In this document: positions 1-11,630 of the stretch, one piece after another
Position numbering within the stretch: position 1 is the first letter of the stretch
Layout of the letters: the number at the start of each line of letters is the position of its first letter
NCBI GenBank assembly: GCA_965229705.1
Contig: OZ245922.1
Location: forward strand, 960,001-992,000
Direction of reading: 5' to 3'
Length of the DNA: 32,000 bases
DNA from: Candidatus Saccharimonadota bacterium
Lineage (GTDB): Bacteria; Patescibacteriota; Gracilibacteria; BD1-5; UBA6164
Translations under genes and position numbers: made by a program
The notes under the pieces: generated by a model
Seen by the model: only the letters and a program-made list of their open reading frames with translations
What the model was told of the DNA's origin: nothing
Database searches by the model: none

Positions 1-325
1 TTTCTCTCAGTATCGTTCAAATAGCTATCTTTGTGTATGAGAGGAGATTCTCTACAGGAGCATAGTTTGTAATCTCAAACTTTTGAGAGAGGGTATCGAT
101 GATTTCGAGAGTTTCCCATACCTGTAAGTCCTCAGGCAAGAAGAGGGTATAAAACTGTCAAAATTTATCCCTTTCTCCACTTGCCTCCAGAAACTCTCAT
201 CGTTTCCCCTCAAACTCTTCACGCGAAACAAACTCTGCAGAGATATGATCAAGAGACGCTAAAATCTCTTGAAAAGTAGACTGTTGTATTTGTTCAGAGA
301 AGACAAGGTTTTCCAGTGGAGACAT
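1..325 (-). CDS. hypothetical protein; the gene continues past the window edge at position 1
   Basis: ATG at 325-323 on the minus strand. Reading TGA as Gly gives an open frame MSPLENLVFSEQIQQSTFQEILASLDHISAEFVSREEFEGKRGEFLEASGERDKFGQFYTLFLPEDLQVWETLEIIDTLSQKFEITNYAPVENLL... down to position 1. Its composition is protein-like, unlike the S/L/R-rich 52..252 track ORF in another frame. No family recognised. Confidence 0.45.
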
Positions 326-405
326 AGAGATAGAACATATAATATGTATATATCTTTATGGTATCACATTATGTATGAGAAATGCAAGAAATGGGAGGGT
401 ATTTT

Positions 406-1272
406 CTAATATATTAGTCTCTGTTTTTGTATATTTACGACTTTCCATCGAGAGTCTTGTTGCTGCAGGAGCTGGAAAATTCCTTCAAAATGGAGCATAC
501 CATAGAGAATAATGATTTTTTCATATTCACTTTTACGAACTTCTTCAACGACATAGGCATTTCTTTCGTCGAGGATAACAGAAAAAATATCAGGTCAAAA
601 CTGTCAGAGTATCATATCTTGCAATCATGGATTTTTAATAAATATATTCATAAATCCTTGATTGATATACTGCAGTATCTTTTTCTCGCGTGGACGAAGA
701 CCGTCAAGTACCTGGAGGATATCACTCTCTATATTTACAATATCCTTTTGCATGCTTCTTTGAATATTCTCTTGTCCTACTTTCTCACGATACAGCCTCA
801 CAACACTGTCTAGGTCAAGATCAACATTTATATCTTCTGTACTTCCAAAACCAAGAAAATCCTGATTATTTTGGGCAACCATACCATAGAGCTCTGAGAG
901 TTTTTCATAGCTCTCACTATCAAGGTCTATTCATAAAGCTTGACGAAAGATAGTAATACTCTCCTCAGAGCCCCCACTCACTCCTTCATAGAAGAGTACA
1001 TATCCTTGAGATTTTTTTTCTTGAATATTTTCTTGAACTTTTGTATAAAATTCTGGACTCGCAATATGACTCATAGCTTGAAAAAATATAGTTTTTTCGC
1101 CATTACTCAAACTATAAGACTCAATATACGCTGGAGATATATGGTTATGGTAGTAAAAAAAGATACATAAACTTACAATAACTCCTCAAATAACTATATA
1201 AACCCTGAGTAAAAAATATATAGCAAAGTTTTTCCAAGAGGGAAGAGGCGCGTTTCGAAGATACTTCCACAA
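406..1272 (-). CDS. TraB/GumN-family-like protein with an N-terminal TM helix; start uncertain
   Basis: With TGA=Gly the minus frame is open from 1290 to the TAG at 408-406. It contains EKTIFFQAMSHIASPEFY (compare the GTxHv motif of TraB/GumN) and a C-terminal IIILYGMLHFEGIFQLLQQQDSRWKV (compare the GxxHLxG motif). No upstream in-frame ATG exists, so TTG at 1272 is proposed as the start. Confidence 0.45.
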
Positions 1273-1531
1273 GCACGAAATGCAAAAAGCTACGAGCGTA
1301 TAAAAACCTAGAGAAATAGTGAGGGAAAAGACTCAGTATCATCAGGAGATAGAGAATAATACAGCGATGTATAAGAGGCTGAGTCATATTATAAGGAGGA
1401 TATTTCTAGGGGGAATGTGGTTCATGTTTTTTTAATTTATACGAAGTTATAAAAAATATACTTGCGTTTTTATGAAAGCATATATACTTCACGAAGGAAA
1501 TAGTTTTTTCACGTTTTGTACAAAAACAATT

Positions 1532-1957
1532 ATGAAGTACAGAGTATACATTTTGATGTGATTTTGCATACTTTTTTCTGCATTTTTTTGAACACAGGCG
1601 TGATTTTTTGATGACTTTCTCAATGATGGAGCACCAGAAATTCGCTATTGTCAGTGAGATTATGAGTGTGGTCTTGACCAGGGAATAGAAAAAGTAAAAG
1701 AAGGTATTACAGATATCGAAACAGAGAGAACCGCCTCTGAGTATGTCCAAGATTTGGTAGTATACATACTGACATTTTTATCTATAGTGGCAGTACTGTA
1801 TATCATATATGCGGGTTTCCAGATCCTCCTTGGAGGATGAGATGAAGAAAAAGTCAAAAAATCAAAACAAACTATCCTGTATGTTGCTATAGGTGTTATA
1901 GTGATTTGGCTTGCTTGGCCTATAACCAGTTTTATATTATTGCTTCTTAACGCATAG
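1532..1957 (+). CDS. small secreted/membrane protein resembling the TrbC/VirB2-type T4SS pilins common in CPR genomes
   Basis: ATG 1532, TAG 1955-1957, with 5 in-frame TGA. It has an N-terminal signal-like helix (MKYRVYILMGFCILFSAFFG) and a C-terminal pair of hydrophobic helices around YIIYAGFQILLGGGDEEKVKKSKQTILYVAIGVIVIW. Confidence 0.5.
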
Positions 1958-1960
1958 ATT

Positions 1961-2485
1961 ATGTCAGACACAAAAACGGACTTTTATAAAAGAAAAAGAG
2001 TGAAAGGTTTTTACCTATCATGTATTCTCTTTTTCTTGATACTTGCTTTTACTCTTGCAGCAGCTTTTTACAATATGAAATTAGCAGCAGCAAATGAAGA
2101 CCTTGAACGAACACTGACTCAGAGAAATGACTTAATACAAACATTGCAGGCAAACGAAAATATTGCCAGTTATAGTATATACGAGAAAAATGCAGAAGTA
2201 TTTGAAGAAATTCAAAAAAAATCAGCAGTCCCTCTTTATATTTCTCATCTGAGAAAAAGCCTTAATCGTTTTGATCTTGTTATGTGAGATGCCCGATATA
2301 GAGCTCCCGAGTTAGAAATAGAAGTTGCTTCAGAAACAAATGAAGAAGGATATGCTTTTCAAAAACTTCTCGAATTTATGGAAGAATACAGAAATAGTGA
2401 AGAATCTCTTTTTGAACTCGAATCTGTCGAAGAACTTCGATGATACGATAAAATGGCGTTTACGCTTCGATTTACTCTTAAATAA
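1961..2485 (+). CDS. single-pass membrane protein with a coiled coil, PilN-like by position in the pilus cluster
   Basis: Extends track ORF 1961..2287 through TGA codons at 2285 and 2441 to the TAA at 2483. It has one TM helix (GFYLSCILFFLILAFTLAAAF) followed by a coiled-coil region. It lies directly upstream of pilC. The functional call rests on context only. Confidence 0.45.
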
Positions 2486-2494
2486 TATTCAAGT

Positions 2495-3040
2495 ATGAAA
2501 AACATTACACACAATCCAATTCTTGTTTATCTCCTTATTCTTTTTTCAGCGTGTACGCTCATATTTTTCACATGAAATCAGTATAGCGCCCTGCAAGAAA
2601 ATCAAGATGCTCAAGTATCTCTCTCACAAGAGCTAGAAGAAAAAGAGGATCTCCTACAAAAACTCTGAACACTCAAAATCAAGCTCGAAAGTGAGGACAG
2701 CACACTCTTAGATGAGATTTCATTTCTAGCAGAAGGTTATACAGATGCGGAAATGATAGAGTACATATACTCTTATGCACAAAAAGTGAATCTAGGAAAT
2801 GAAAGAGTGATTATAAAAAATATGAGCTTCACAGATAGTGGTGAGTCAGATGTATGATTTAATACTCTTTCTCTCAAGCTTTCTGGAGTATTTTCATCTG
2901 AGGCGACACTTTTTGCTTTTCTTGATTTTATGAGTTCCACTGAAGGAAAATATAGCTTTCAGGTATCTAACTTTTATTATCCTGCTCAAGAATCGGGAAA
3001 TATTACGACAAATATTCCATTTACTCTCTATTACAAATAA
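2495..3040 (+). CDS. single-pass membrane protein, PilO-like by position
   Basis: ATG 2495, TAA 3038-3040, with several in-frame TGA. It has an N-terminal TM helix (ILVYLLILFSACTLIFF) and then a coiled coil (QENQDAQVSLSQELEEKEDLLQKL). The functional call rests on context only. Confidence 0.4.
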
Positions 3041-3049
3041 TACAACTTT

Positions 3050-4123
3050 ATGTTCCAATTTTCACTTTTTCGTTCGAGTATTTCTCTCACGGATAAATTT
3101 AATTTTTACGAGTATCTTAGCGTGATGCTTGAGGGAGGTGTTGGTATGGCTGAAACATTGCAGTCTGTAGGGTCAAAGATACAAAATCCATACTTCAAAG
3201 AAAAAATCTTAGAAATTGAGACCTATGTCTCTTCATGAGATGCTCTTTCAAAAAGTTTTAAAAAAATACCACAAGTATTTTCGCCTTGAGAAGTTGCTAT
3301 GGTTGAGTCTGGTGAAGCAACAGGAAAACTCTCACAGTCTCTTGATCGACTTTCAAAAAACTTAAAAAAGAGCCATGACTTACGGTCAAAAATAAAGTCA
3401 GCACTGACATACCCGAGTATTATTTTTTCTTTTCTTGTTTTTGCTATTGTACTCGTACTCGTATATGTTATTCCTGCACTGAGTGAACTGTTTGATAACT
3501 CAGGCGTGGGTCTACCGATAGCAACACAGATGCTGATAGGTACATCAAACTTTATTATATACAACTGGTTTCTTATCATACTTCTTTTGCTGATGTTAGT
3601 CATTGTTTCTTTTGTGTATAAAAATACAGAATCAGGAAAAGCAAATATTGATTCTCTCATACTGAGTCTCCCTCTTATCGGGAAAGTGTATAGAAACTAT
3701 CTTCTTGCGAATTTTGCAACAAACTTTGGAAATCTTATTTCTTCAGGAGTTTCTGTAGTTTCTTCTCTGAGACTTGCGGGAAAATCTCTCAATAATGCTG
3801 TGTATGAACATTATATTCTTGAAGTAGAAAAAAAAGTAACATGAGGAAGTAAGATTGTGGATTCTTTTTCTGAAGTGGATCCTGATCATCATTGTTTTCC
3901 TCAAGATTATCTTCAGATGCTCGCTGTAGGAGAAAAAACTGCTTCACTCGAAAAAGTATCAGAACGACTCTCAGAACAGTATACAAGAGAGGTACAATAC
4001 TCTGTTGCAAACATGACAAAGTGGATAGAGCCTCTGGCAATCCTCATTTCGGGAGTGTTTGTACTCTGGTTTGCTTTTGCAATATTTGGAGCTATCTTAA
4101 AGGTGACACAAACAGTTTCCTAA
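3050..4123 (+). CDS. pilC: type IV pilus / type II secretion platform protein (GspF/PilC family)
   Basis: Three track ORFs (3050, 3299, 3857) are in one frame and join through TGA at 3236, 3287 and 3842. There are two T2SSF-like repeats (LSVMLEGGVGMAETL and NLISSGVSVVSSLRL) plus TM helices. Confidence 0.85.
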
Positions 4124-4133
4124 TACCTGATAC

Positions 4134-4655
4134 ATGAAAAAGAGAGAGAAAAAGGCATTTACTCTGATAGAAATACTTATAGTTATTCTCATTGTATGAC
4201 TTGTCTCTTTTAGTACCTATATTCCATACTCTTATCACCAAAAAAAAGTGTATCTCCAAGAATGAGTAAAAGATATTTCACAAGGTCTCACCAGAGCGAG
4301 AAATATCGCAATTCACTGATATGCGAATGCGTGACAAAATCAAAGAAGTTATGTAGAAATTGTTCCTGGCGAATCAGAATTGCACATTTATACTCTTTCT
4401 TTTGATGAGTCAGACCATAGCCTCAAAACACTTTTTTCCAGTATTGATCTTCCAAGGGGAGTGATAGTAGAAACAGTAAATGGCTCAAAAGATATGCTGA
4501 CTCTTATATATGATGCTATCAGTGGGGAACTGAGTTTTGTCTCAGGAAATCCCTGAGACACAATAGAGATACTTCTTTCTTATAAATGAGCCAACAACGC
4601 AACACTCCAAAAAAATATACAGTATTATACTGCTACACATATAAGCGATTACTAA
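4134..4655 (+). CDS. pseudopilin with a prepilin-type N-terminal cleavage/methylation domain (GspH/FimT-like)
   Basis: The N-terminus MKKREKKAFTLIEILIVILIVGLVSF carries the class III signal (AFTLIE). The frame is open with TGA=Gly to the TAA at 4653. Confidence 0.7.
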
Positions 4656-4656
4656 T

Positions 4657-5289
4657 ATGAGATATACACATTCATACTCAGCGTCAGCATTTTCTATAAT
4701 AGAGATTCTTATAGGAATTTTTGTGTTTTCTTTAGGACTTATATCTATATACGCTTTGCTGTCTTCCTCTGTATCTGTATGAGCATATAATAAAAATACG
4801 ATTATTGCTTCAAATCTTGCAAGAGAGCAAATAGAACTATTTTTTCATCTTCGTGATACAAATTATAAAAAACTTCAAATATGGGATAAAAAAGATCCCT
4901 ACACTCTCTATGATTCAGATATTCCTCATGAGGATCAAACCTTTAACGCTGATACGTATTATAGTCTTTCTCCTTGACTTGAGGGGAAAGAAGTAAGTAT
5001 ATATGAGTTTCCGAGTGTTCCTCCAGAAGGTCGAGAGAAAATACAAGAAATGCATAATACATCTTGATATAAGATATGTATACAAGACAATGCCTACATG
5101 CCATGTTCGTGAGAAAGTGATGAAAAGAAGACCTTTTTCTTCCGTTATCTATACATCAGTGATACTGCAGAAGATGGAAGCTCTCTTCCAGAGGGATCAT
5201 ATAGACTGGTCTCAAAAGTTATATGGAAGGCAAGAAACTATCATGAGTATGATATTTCTACTATTATTACTGACTGGAGAAGAATATAA
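4657..5289 (+). CDS. minor pilin-like protein (PilV/GspI-like)
   Basis: ATG 4657. The N-terminus SAFSIIEILIGIFVFSLGLISIY is a degenerate prepilin motif. There are several in-frame TGA, and the TAA at 5287-5289 overlaps the next ATG. Confidence 0.6.
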
Positions 5290-5939
5290 TGAAAAAAATA
5301 TATAACCATCCCCGAGCTTTTACTCTCATAGAGATTATTGTTGCTGTAACGATTTTTGGTATTATCATGATATCGGTAATGAGCATTTTTTTTATTGCTG
5401 CAGAAACATCAAAAAGTATTGAGATAGCCCGAGTATTACAACAAAATACAAAGAGTCTTGTAGAAGATATTTCACAAAGTATTCGCTCAGAGTGAATCTA
5501 TGATTTGAGTCCTGATATCCTTACTGATTGTAGTGAGACTTCTTTTTCATTGTGAACAGAGGATTATAAAACAGGGACAAAACTCTGTATAGGTGATGGA
5601 GATACTGCCTACTTTATTGCTCAGCAAGTAGCAGGATCATGGCAGAGAGTAGCAAATGTGGAAGATTGTAGGTTTACCTCCGAAACGGCAGCAAGCCTTT
5701 GGCGCAATCCTTGCCGTATGGTAAAAAAGCAGCAGTGAACAATATTTCCTATTACAAATAATAGGGTTCATATAGCAAATGCGTCTTTCTTTTTGGCAAA
5801 CAGGGATATTCCAAGGATTACTATCATGCTTGATATGCACTCAAGTGTTTGAGAAGGAGTGCGTTCAGATAATATAGAAAAGAGCAGGCTCATATTTCAG
5901 ACAAGTTTAAGTGAGCGTCTTATATTCCAAGATTTATAA
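5289..5939 (+). CDS. minor pilin (PilW/GspJ-like) with a prepilin N-terminal domain
   Basis: The N-terminus is MKKIYNHPRAFTLIEIIVAVTIFGIIM. Track ORF 5289..5495 continues through TGA codons to the TAA at 5937. Confidence 0.7.
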
Positions 5940-5941
5940 AT

Positions 5942-6709
5942 ATGAAAATTGATCTACATCATAACAATGGCGGATACTCTATTATTGCTGCTATCATGCT
6001 AGTAGGTTTTTTATTGGTACTGTGTAGTGGAATTCTCAAGGCAGTACTTTTAGAAATGCAAGACAATAAATGACGACAAGAGTATCTCAAGGCAAGCGCT
6101 TGAGCACTCTGAGCTTTAGAACTCTCTCTTTTAGAGATAAAAGAATATGGATATGGCTTTGATGGATATCAAGAGGATATATCCACTCTTTGAGAGACAA
6201 GAAAAACCGCTTTGATGCACTATGATTTTGAAAGTAGAGTGAAAGAATATAAAGGAGAGCTTGAACCATATGAAACAACATTCATTCCTCTTTTTTGGAT
6301 AGATGAGTGAGGTATATACAGTTTGTCTTGAGATGATATATCACTGAGCGTGAATGATGAGGTTGCCTGGAATATTATAGGAAATAATACAGGTATGTCA
6401 GGAAGATGACCATTTAGTAGCTTGTCACAAACCTATGTCACATGAATTGATGGAACAAAGTCTTTTATTTCTGTAAAAGATTTTCTTGCATCAAACTCTC
6501 AGAGTTATCTCCAACTGTATAATACAAATTCTGTATCGCAGGAGGAAGTGACACTCAAGATTGATACAATATCAAATGAGTATTTTACTCTTCCGAGTGC
6601 AAGTATTTTTGCAAAGTGAACTATAGGAAATCATCATCAAAATCTCATTGCAGAGGTAGATAATACGAATTTCTTGCAAATATTACGCTATTCTATATTT
6701 TCTCAATAA
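5942..6709 (+). CDS. PilX/GspK-like minor pilin-associated protein
   Basis: ATG 5942. It has an N-terminal hydrophobic segment GGYSIIAAIMLVGFLLVLCSGIL and many in-frame TGA, ending at the TAA at 6707. It is the last gene of the pseudopilin run. Confidence 0.45.
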
Positions 6710-6773
6710 TAGCTATTTAAAGGTAAAAACTCTCTTCTTTTCTCTAAAAATAAAGAAAAACTCAAAAAAAAAC

Positions 6774-6801
6774 TTGAAAAAGCCTTTTCCTTAGCTAATA
6801 T
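6774..6801 (+). promoter_or_regulatory. candidate sigma70-type promoter for hup
   Basis: TTGAAA (6774-6779), a 16-nt spacer, then TAATAT (6796-6801), about 36 nt upstream of the hup ATG. Confidence 0.3.
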
Positions 6802-6836
6802 CTGAATGTTTATTTTATATACTTACTATTTACGGT

Positions 6837-7109
6837 ATGAAAAAACAAGATTTTATTAAAGCTGTTGCAGCTTCTGCTGGTATTTCTCAAGACGCTGTTG
6901 CGAAAGTACTTGCTGCGGAGATTGATGTTATTACTGCTGAACTTTCAAGATGAGGTGAAGTAAACATCACTGGTTTTGGTGCTTTTAAAGTAGCTAAAAG
7001 AGCTGCAAGAAATGGTGTAAACCCAAGAACACGACAAGCCATCAAAATTCCTGCAATGAAGTCTCCAGTATTTAGATCTGGAAAAACTTTTAAAGAGGCA
7101 GTGAGATAA
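6837..7109 (+). CDS. hup: HU family DNA-binding protein
   Basis: Sequence is MKKQDFIKAVAASAGISQDAVAKVLAAEIDVITAELSRGGEVNITGFGAFKVAKRAARNGVNPRTRQAIKIPAMKSPVFRSGKTFKEAV. The canonical HU arm motif RNPxT and GFGxF are present. The TGA at 6951-6953 falls on the conserved Gly before the beta arm. Confidence 0.9.
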
Positions 7110-7124
7110 TAACTTGAGTTATTC

Positions 7125-7163
7125 AAAAAAGTACTTTGCAACTTGCAAAGTACTTTTTTTGTA
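7125..7163 (+). terminator. rho-independent terminator after hup
   Basis: Inverted repeat AAAAAAGTACTTTGCA / TGCAAAGTACTTTTTTT, followed by a T-run. Confidence 0.7.
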
Positions 7164-7218
7164 TTTTTTCCTCTTGAGTGATATACTAGAGTTATAATTC
7201 ACAAGTTTTTACTCATAT

Positions 7219-7764
7219 ATGTATAAAATACACCTAGATTCTCTTCAAGATACACAAAAAGAAGAAGAATTTATCTCACGACTATCTCTTCAGGAGGGAA
7301 TAGATATATGTATATCTTTTCCTGCTATTTTCTCGAGCTCAAAAACTCTGCGGGATATTATTGATAAAGTATGTCAGAAGATAGATGTTCTCCCGTTATG
7401 GAGGACTCGTCTTATTCTTATCGCAGATGAACTGAATAATAACTCTATAGAACATGGAAGTGAACCATGAGATGAAAATGAGTTTGTTTTTCGAGTAATA
7501 GTAGAAGATCAAGATACTCTCTCTCTCTTTCTACAAGTTACAGATACAGGAAATTCTCCTGGTAATAAAACTGCCAAAGAAATGGAAGAGCTCCGACAAG
7601 CTTCACAAAAAAAAGACTATAAACAGCATACCTCTATTAGGTGAAGGGGATTATTTTTGATTATTTCAGATCTTGTTGATGAACTTTCTTTTGATGATAC
7701 TGCAATGTGAGGATTGCAGGTTGGGGTATCTTTACATATTCCTAGATATCCTTCAAAAAGCTAA
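7219..7764 (+). CDS. GHKL-type ATPase, anti-sigma factor/serine kinase-like (RsbW/SpoIIAB-like)
   Basis: It has an N-box ADELNNNSIEHGS, a G1-like VTDTGNSPG and a G2-like GRGLFLI. The track ORF is extended through TGA at 7468, 7642 and 7708 to the TAA at 7762. Confidence 0.55.
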
Positions 7765-8518
7765 ACTCCCGAAAATCATAATACTTTTCAAGAGTACTCC
7801 TACAAGCATACTCCTCTCAGAGGGAACAATAATGAATTTTCCTTGGGATACGAACATCAATATATACAAAGTTCGCCTCGGAGATATTCGTATGTTCATT
7901 ATGAAATACGGAAAGCCTTTTTACTTGATCATTGATATCACCATTCAAGTCAAAAATCAATATATTCAATCCGGTACCTTGAAGGATAAGCTCTTGCTGC
8001 TTGATGTAATATAAGGCTGGATCATAAGAAAAACTGGGTATATTTTTTTGCAGGCTTTTTTGGAGTTCTATAATTTTTTGTATGTATTCTTCTTCTAGCA
8101 CTTCGCTATACTGATCTAAGAGTTGTTTGTGAGAGTCGTACAGAACAATTTTTGGGATATCTATATAATTTTTGTTTTCTTTTTTGAGCGTTTTTCCACT
8201 TTCAAGTATGAGGAGGTTTTCCGTTTGAAATATGATATTTTCCGATCGGAGAGAAATATAGAGTTTATTAGGAAAACTTCTTCGTATATATACATCACGA
8301 ATCCATGGTTGGGATTTTTGGAGTCGATTCTCAATTTTGGCAAAGTCTGTAAAAGCAATATGTTCTTCTCGAAGGTATCACAAAGTTTCATAGGCCCTAT
8401 TTATATCAATAAGTGTATCACCTCGAGCAATATAGAGCGATTGGTAAGATATTCGAAAAAAAGGAAGTAGGAGGAAAAGTACACACAGGATAAGTAGTCA
8501 TGCGCAGAGAGTTCATAG
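7742..8518 (-). CDS. ftsQ: FtsQ/DivIB-like cell division protein (TM helix plus POTRA-like region)
   Basis: ATG at 8518 (minus). It has an N-terminal TM helix (LLILCVLFLLLPFF) and then a POTRA-like segment LIDINRAYETLGYLREEHIAFTDFAKIENRLQKSQPWIRDVYIRRSFPNKLYISL. It joins track ORF 7817..8101 via TGA and stops at the TAG at 7744-7742. Confidence 0.5.
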
Positions 8519-8676
8519 TTTTGCAAAAAGAGAGTATTGCTTTATTCCCGAGATTCAGGGAAGAAAGGAGGTTTTTTTCTTTGTCTTGCGCGAAAAAAAA
8601 GGCCTTTTTCTTGAACTTCCAATTTCTCAAAAGAGCAGCATTTGAGAAGATTTTTTTTTCTTCTTTGAAAAAAATT

Positions 8677-9021
8677 TTATTCATTTCATGAAACCTCAGC
8701 AATAGTGGTATAAATATTAGCGCTGGTTTCTCCACTATGATCATAGCGAAAGCGTACTTTTGGAATCTTGAAGAAAGCTATTTTTTTTGCCATAATACGA
8801 GTGATGTTACTCGCGTGAGATGCAAGAGCTTTTGTAAGAGTTTCTGTATTTTTTTGACAACTGACAAAGACATCCATATAAGAACTATCAGGGCTTATAC
8901 AAATCTTTGTAAGAGTAATGATACCAAATGTAGTAATGTAGGAGTCTTGCACCCCAAGAATATACTCTCCTATTTCTTGAGCGCAAAGAGACTGTGCTTT
9001 TTTTCTTCTTTCTTCTTTCAT
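8677..9021 (-). CDS. rbfA: ribosome-binding factor A
   Basis: Track ORF 8686..9021 reads ...ITLTKICISPDSSYMDVFVSCQKNTETLTKALASHASNITRIMAKKIAFFKIPKVRFRYD, the typical RbfA layout. One TGA read-through adds 3 residues up to the TAA at 8679-8677. Confidence 0.75.
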
Positions 9022-9148
9022 ATATGATGTGATTTTTCAGAGAAAATACTTCATTTGCATACTACTCGGACATTTCGTTTTGACAAAAAAAAATATTCCA
9101 TAAAATGCAGGCACTTTATACTATTATTATTTGTTAAGGAGATAGAGC

Positions 9149-9349
9149 ATGATATACGCAGTTCGCAAGGAGAATGAGTCAAACGAAAAACTCGTACTTC
9201 GTTATAAGAAGCTTTTTTTTGGTTCACGAATAGTGACAAAACTCAAAAAAGAAAGATATGTCAGCAAATGACTCAAGAAGAGAAAGCAAAGAGAAAAAGC
9301 TATAGTGACACACAACTATAGAGAACTCAACGCAAAAGTGTATTTTTAG
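9149..9349 (+). CDS. rpsU: 30S ribosomal protein bS21
   Basis: AAGGAG lies 8 nt upstream of the ATG at 9149. The 66-aa basic protein is MIYAVRKENESNEKLVLRYKKLFFGSRIVTKLKKERYVSKGLKKRKQREKAIV..., with one in-frame TGA and a TAG stop at 9347. Confidence 0.7.
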
Positions 9350-9376
9350 TTTTTCAGACTTTCCTCTAAGAATAAT

Positions 9377-9409
9377 AAAAAGCATCTTCCATTCTTGGAA
9401 GATGCTTTT
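9377..9409. terminator. bidirectional hairpin terminator between rpsU (+) and the pilin gene (-)
   Basis: A 14-bp stem AAAAGCATCTTCCA / TGGAAGATGCTTTT with a TTCT loop. A/T runs lie on both sides. Confidence 0.6.
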
Positions 9410-9426
9410 ATATGTTAAGAATACTT

Positions 9427-10014
9427 CTAGAAGCCCGTGATACTATTTTTTTGTATTCTAATTTTTGCGCTCGAATCAGTTGTAGTAAGAGAGGTTGTTG
9501 GGAAAGCACTGCTACTATTTGGCTTACTTGTGTCAAACCCAGTTCATCATACAGTGAGTTCCCATCTATTATCATCAGAGTTAGAAACTGTTACATCGTC
9601 TTCGGCTCTATTTGATCTATTTCCATCATTTTCAAATGCCGTAGAAAGTTCATAAGATCATTGGTCTATCCCTACAGTATCTTCTCATACCATATAAGCA
9701 TATCCACATCGTGACTGATTACATGTTTGGTCATTTTTTGGGTCACCCGCAAGTGATGGAACATAGTCTTGTACATCAGTATCTGAAGTATTACTGAGCC
9801 AGTCAGATCCCCCTTGAGGGTATTCTGCAGTATCTTGATAAAATTGTTCAATACCTCACTGAAGCGCTTTCATATCGTTGATACGGGTTGTATCTCGAGC
9901 TTTCTGTATTTGAGAGGTATATACAGAAACAGCCCCTGTTGCAAGAACTCCAATAATAGTAATCACTACCAGTAACTCTATCAGAGTAAAACCCTTATTT
10001 TTCAATGCTAACAT
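9427..10014 (-). CDS. pilA: type IV major pilin / GspG-like pseudopilin
   Basis: The minus-strand N-terminus MLALKNKGFTLIELLVVITIIGVLATGAVSVYTSQIQKARDTTRINDMKAL is a textbook class III signal plus alpha-1 helix. There are 5 in-frame TGA and a Ser/Thr-rich C-terminal tail. The stop is the TAG at 9429-9427. Confidence 0.85.
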
Positions 10015-10259
10015 AATATATTGTATTAGTAATAAATTAACATTGCTTAGTATATGAAAATCTCTCTAAAAAGCGAAATACTCAAGAAAAAAGTCCTTGC
10101 ATATATGATAAAGATTATTATGAATATTTTTTTACTTACATTTTGTATTTTTTCTATTTTTTTATATACTCCCTGCGTTATTTTATATTCCTTATATTTC
10201 TTTCCCGGAGTATTCACGGAAAGATGTCTTAAAGCGATAGAAAGGGCTAATGAACTATT

Positions 10260-11573
10260 ATGAAAGTAGAGAAAAAAATACTTCCTCACTCGAGAGTAGA
10301 ACTTATTATAGAAGAAAGCGCTGAAAATGTCGCAAAATTTCGAAAAAAAGTTATTACTCATGCCAGTAAACATGCTGATATAAAATGATTTCGAAAGGGA
10401 GTAAAAATCCCTGAAAATGTCATTGTGCGTCAACTGTGAGAAGAAACTATAGCGCAAATGACTATTGAAAAAGCTATAGAATCAACATATAGAGAAACAT
10501 TAACAAAAGAGAAGCTCATCCCAGTTTCTCAGGCAGAGATTCAAGAAGTTATTTCTCAAAGTCCACTCAAAGTACGAGTACAACTAGAAGTATTTCCAAG
10601 CGTAGAAATACAATCTGGATACAAAAAAATAAAACTCAAAAAATCAAAGCTCTCCGTGACAAAAAAAGAAATAGATGCTGCGCTAGTTGATATCCAAACT
10701 CGTTTTACCCATTTTCATGAAGTAAGCGACACAAAGGTTGCCGCAAAGATGGGAGATAAAGTTACGATTGATACGCAAGGTTTTGAAAATGGAACAGCGC
10801 TTGAATCAACACAAATGCAAGACTACCCAATTGTTCTTGGTTCAAATATTCTTGTTGCTGGATTTGAGGAAGATATTGCTGGCATGAAAGTAGGAGAAAC
10901 AAAAGATATTGATGTGACATTCCCAAAAGACTACCACGACGCTGACTTTGCTGGGAAAAAAACGAAATTTACGGTAACAGTAAAAAAACTTGAGTCCGCT
11001 CACAAGCCAGAGTTTACCCCAGAGTTTATTGAGCAACTTCGTGGGAAGAAGCTCGATCTTGAGGGGTTTAAAAAACTTATTGAATCTGAGATTTTGGAAA
11101 CAAAAGAAGCAAATGATTCTCTAGAGAGAGAAATGCAACTCATAGAAGAACTTTTGAAACATACTACGATGCAACTCGGAGAAAAATTCATAGCTCAGCA
11201 AACGGATATAGTTTTTGGAGAAATAAAAGAAAATATTTCAAAAGATGGTATGAGAATAGAAGACTATCTCGCATCTCTGAGTCTTTCAGAGGCTGAATAT
11301 AAAGAGAAACATGTAAAAGAAACAGCAATAAAGAGACTTCAAGGAGAACTCATCTTACATGAGTTATTAAAGCTCGAAAAAGTTGAGGTATCAGATGATG
11401 AGATGAAGGTTGAGGTAGAAAAAATAATGTCTCGTTTTGAGTCACAAGAGGTACTCAAAAGACTCAAAGAACTCTATGTTCCAGGAAATAAATACTATGA
11501 AGAGATGAAGAGGAGAGTAGTATTTAAAAAACTTATTGAGAGTTTCTTTGAATTTGAAGAAGCAAAAAAATAA
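10260..11573 (+). CDS. tig: trigger factor
   Basis: The N-terminus MKVEKKILPHSRVELIIEESAENVAKFRKKVITHASKHADIKGFRKGVKIPENV contains the ribosome-binding GFRxGxxP motif, whose Gly is encoded by TGA. It is in frame with track ORF 10458..11573, which carries the FKBP-like and C-terminal domains. Confidence 0.9.
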
Positions 11574-11587
11574 TTTTTTATAAAAAC

Positions 11588-11620
11588 ATCCTCTTCAGCT
11601 TGCTGCAGAGGATTATTTTT
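11588..11620 (+). terminator. rho-independent terminator after tig
   Basis: Stem ATCCTCTTCAGC / GCTGCAGAGGAT with one mismatch, followed by TATTTTT. Confidence 0.55.
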
Positions 11621-11630
11621 ACCGAACATT

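Noticed and set aside
1145-1387. 80-aa minus-strand ORF upstream of the TraB/GumN-like gene, possibly its frameshifted N-terminus
   Set aside because: It is in a different frame, its composition is hydrophobic and low-complexity, and it ends in TAA inside the region that the TraB-like frame already covers. A frameshifted N-terminus cannot be excluded, but I cannot support it.
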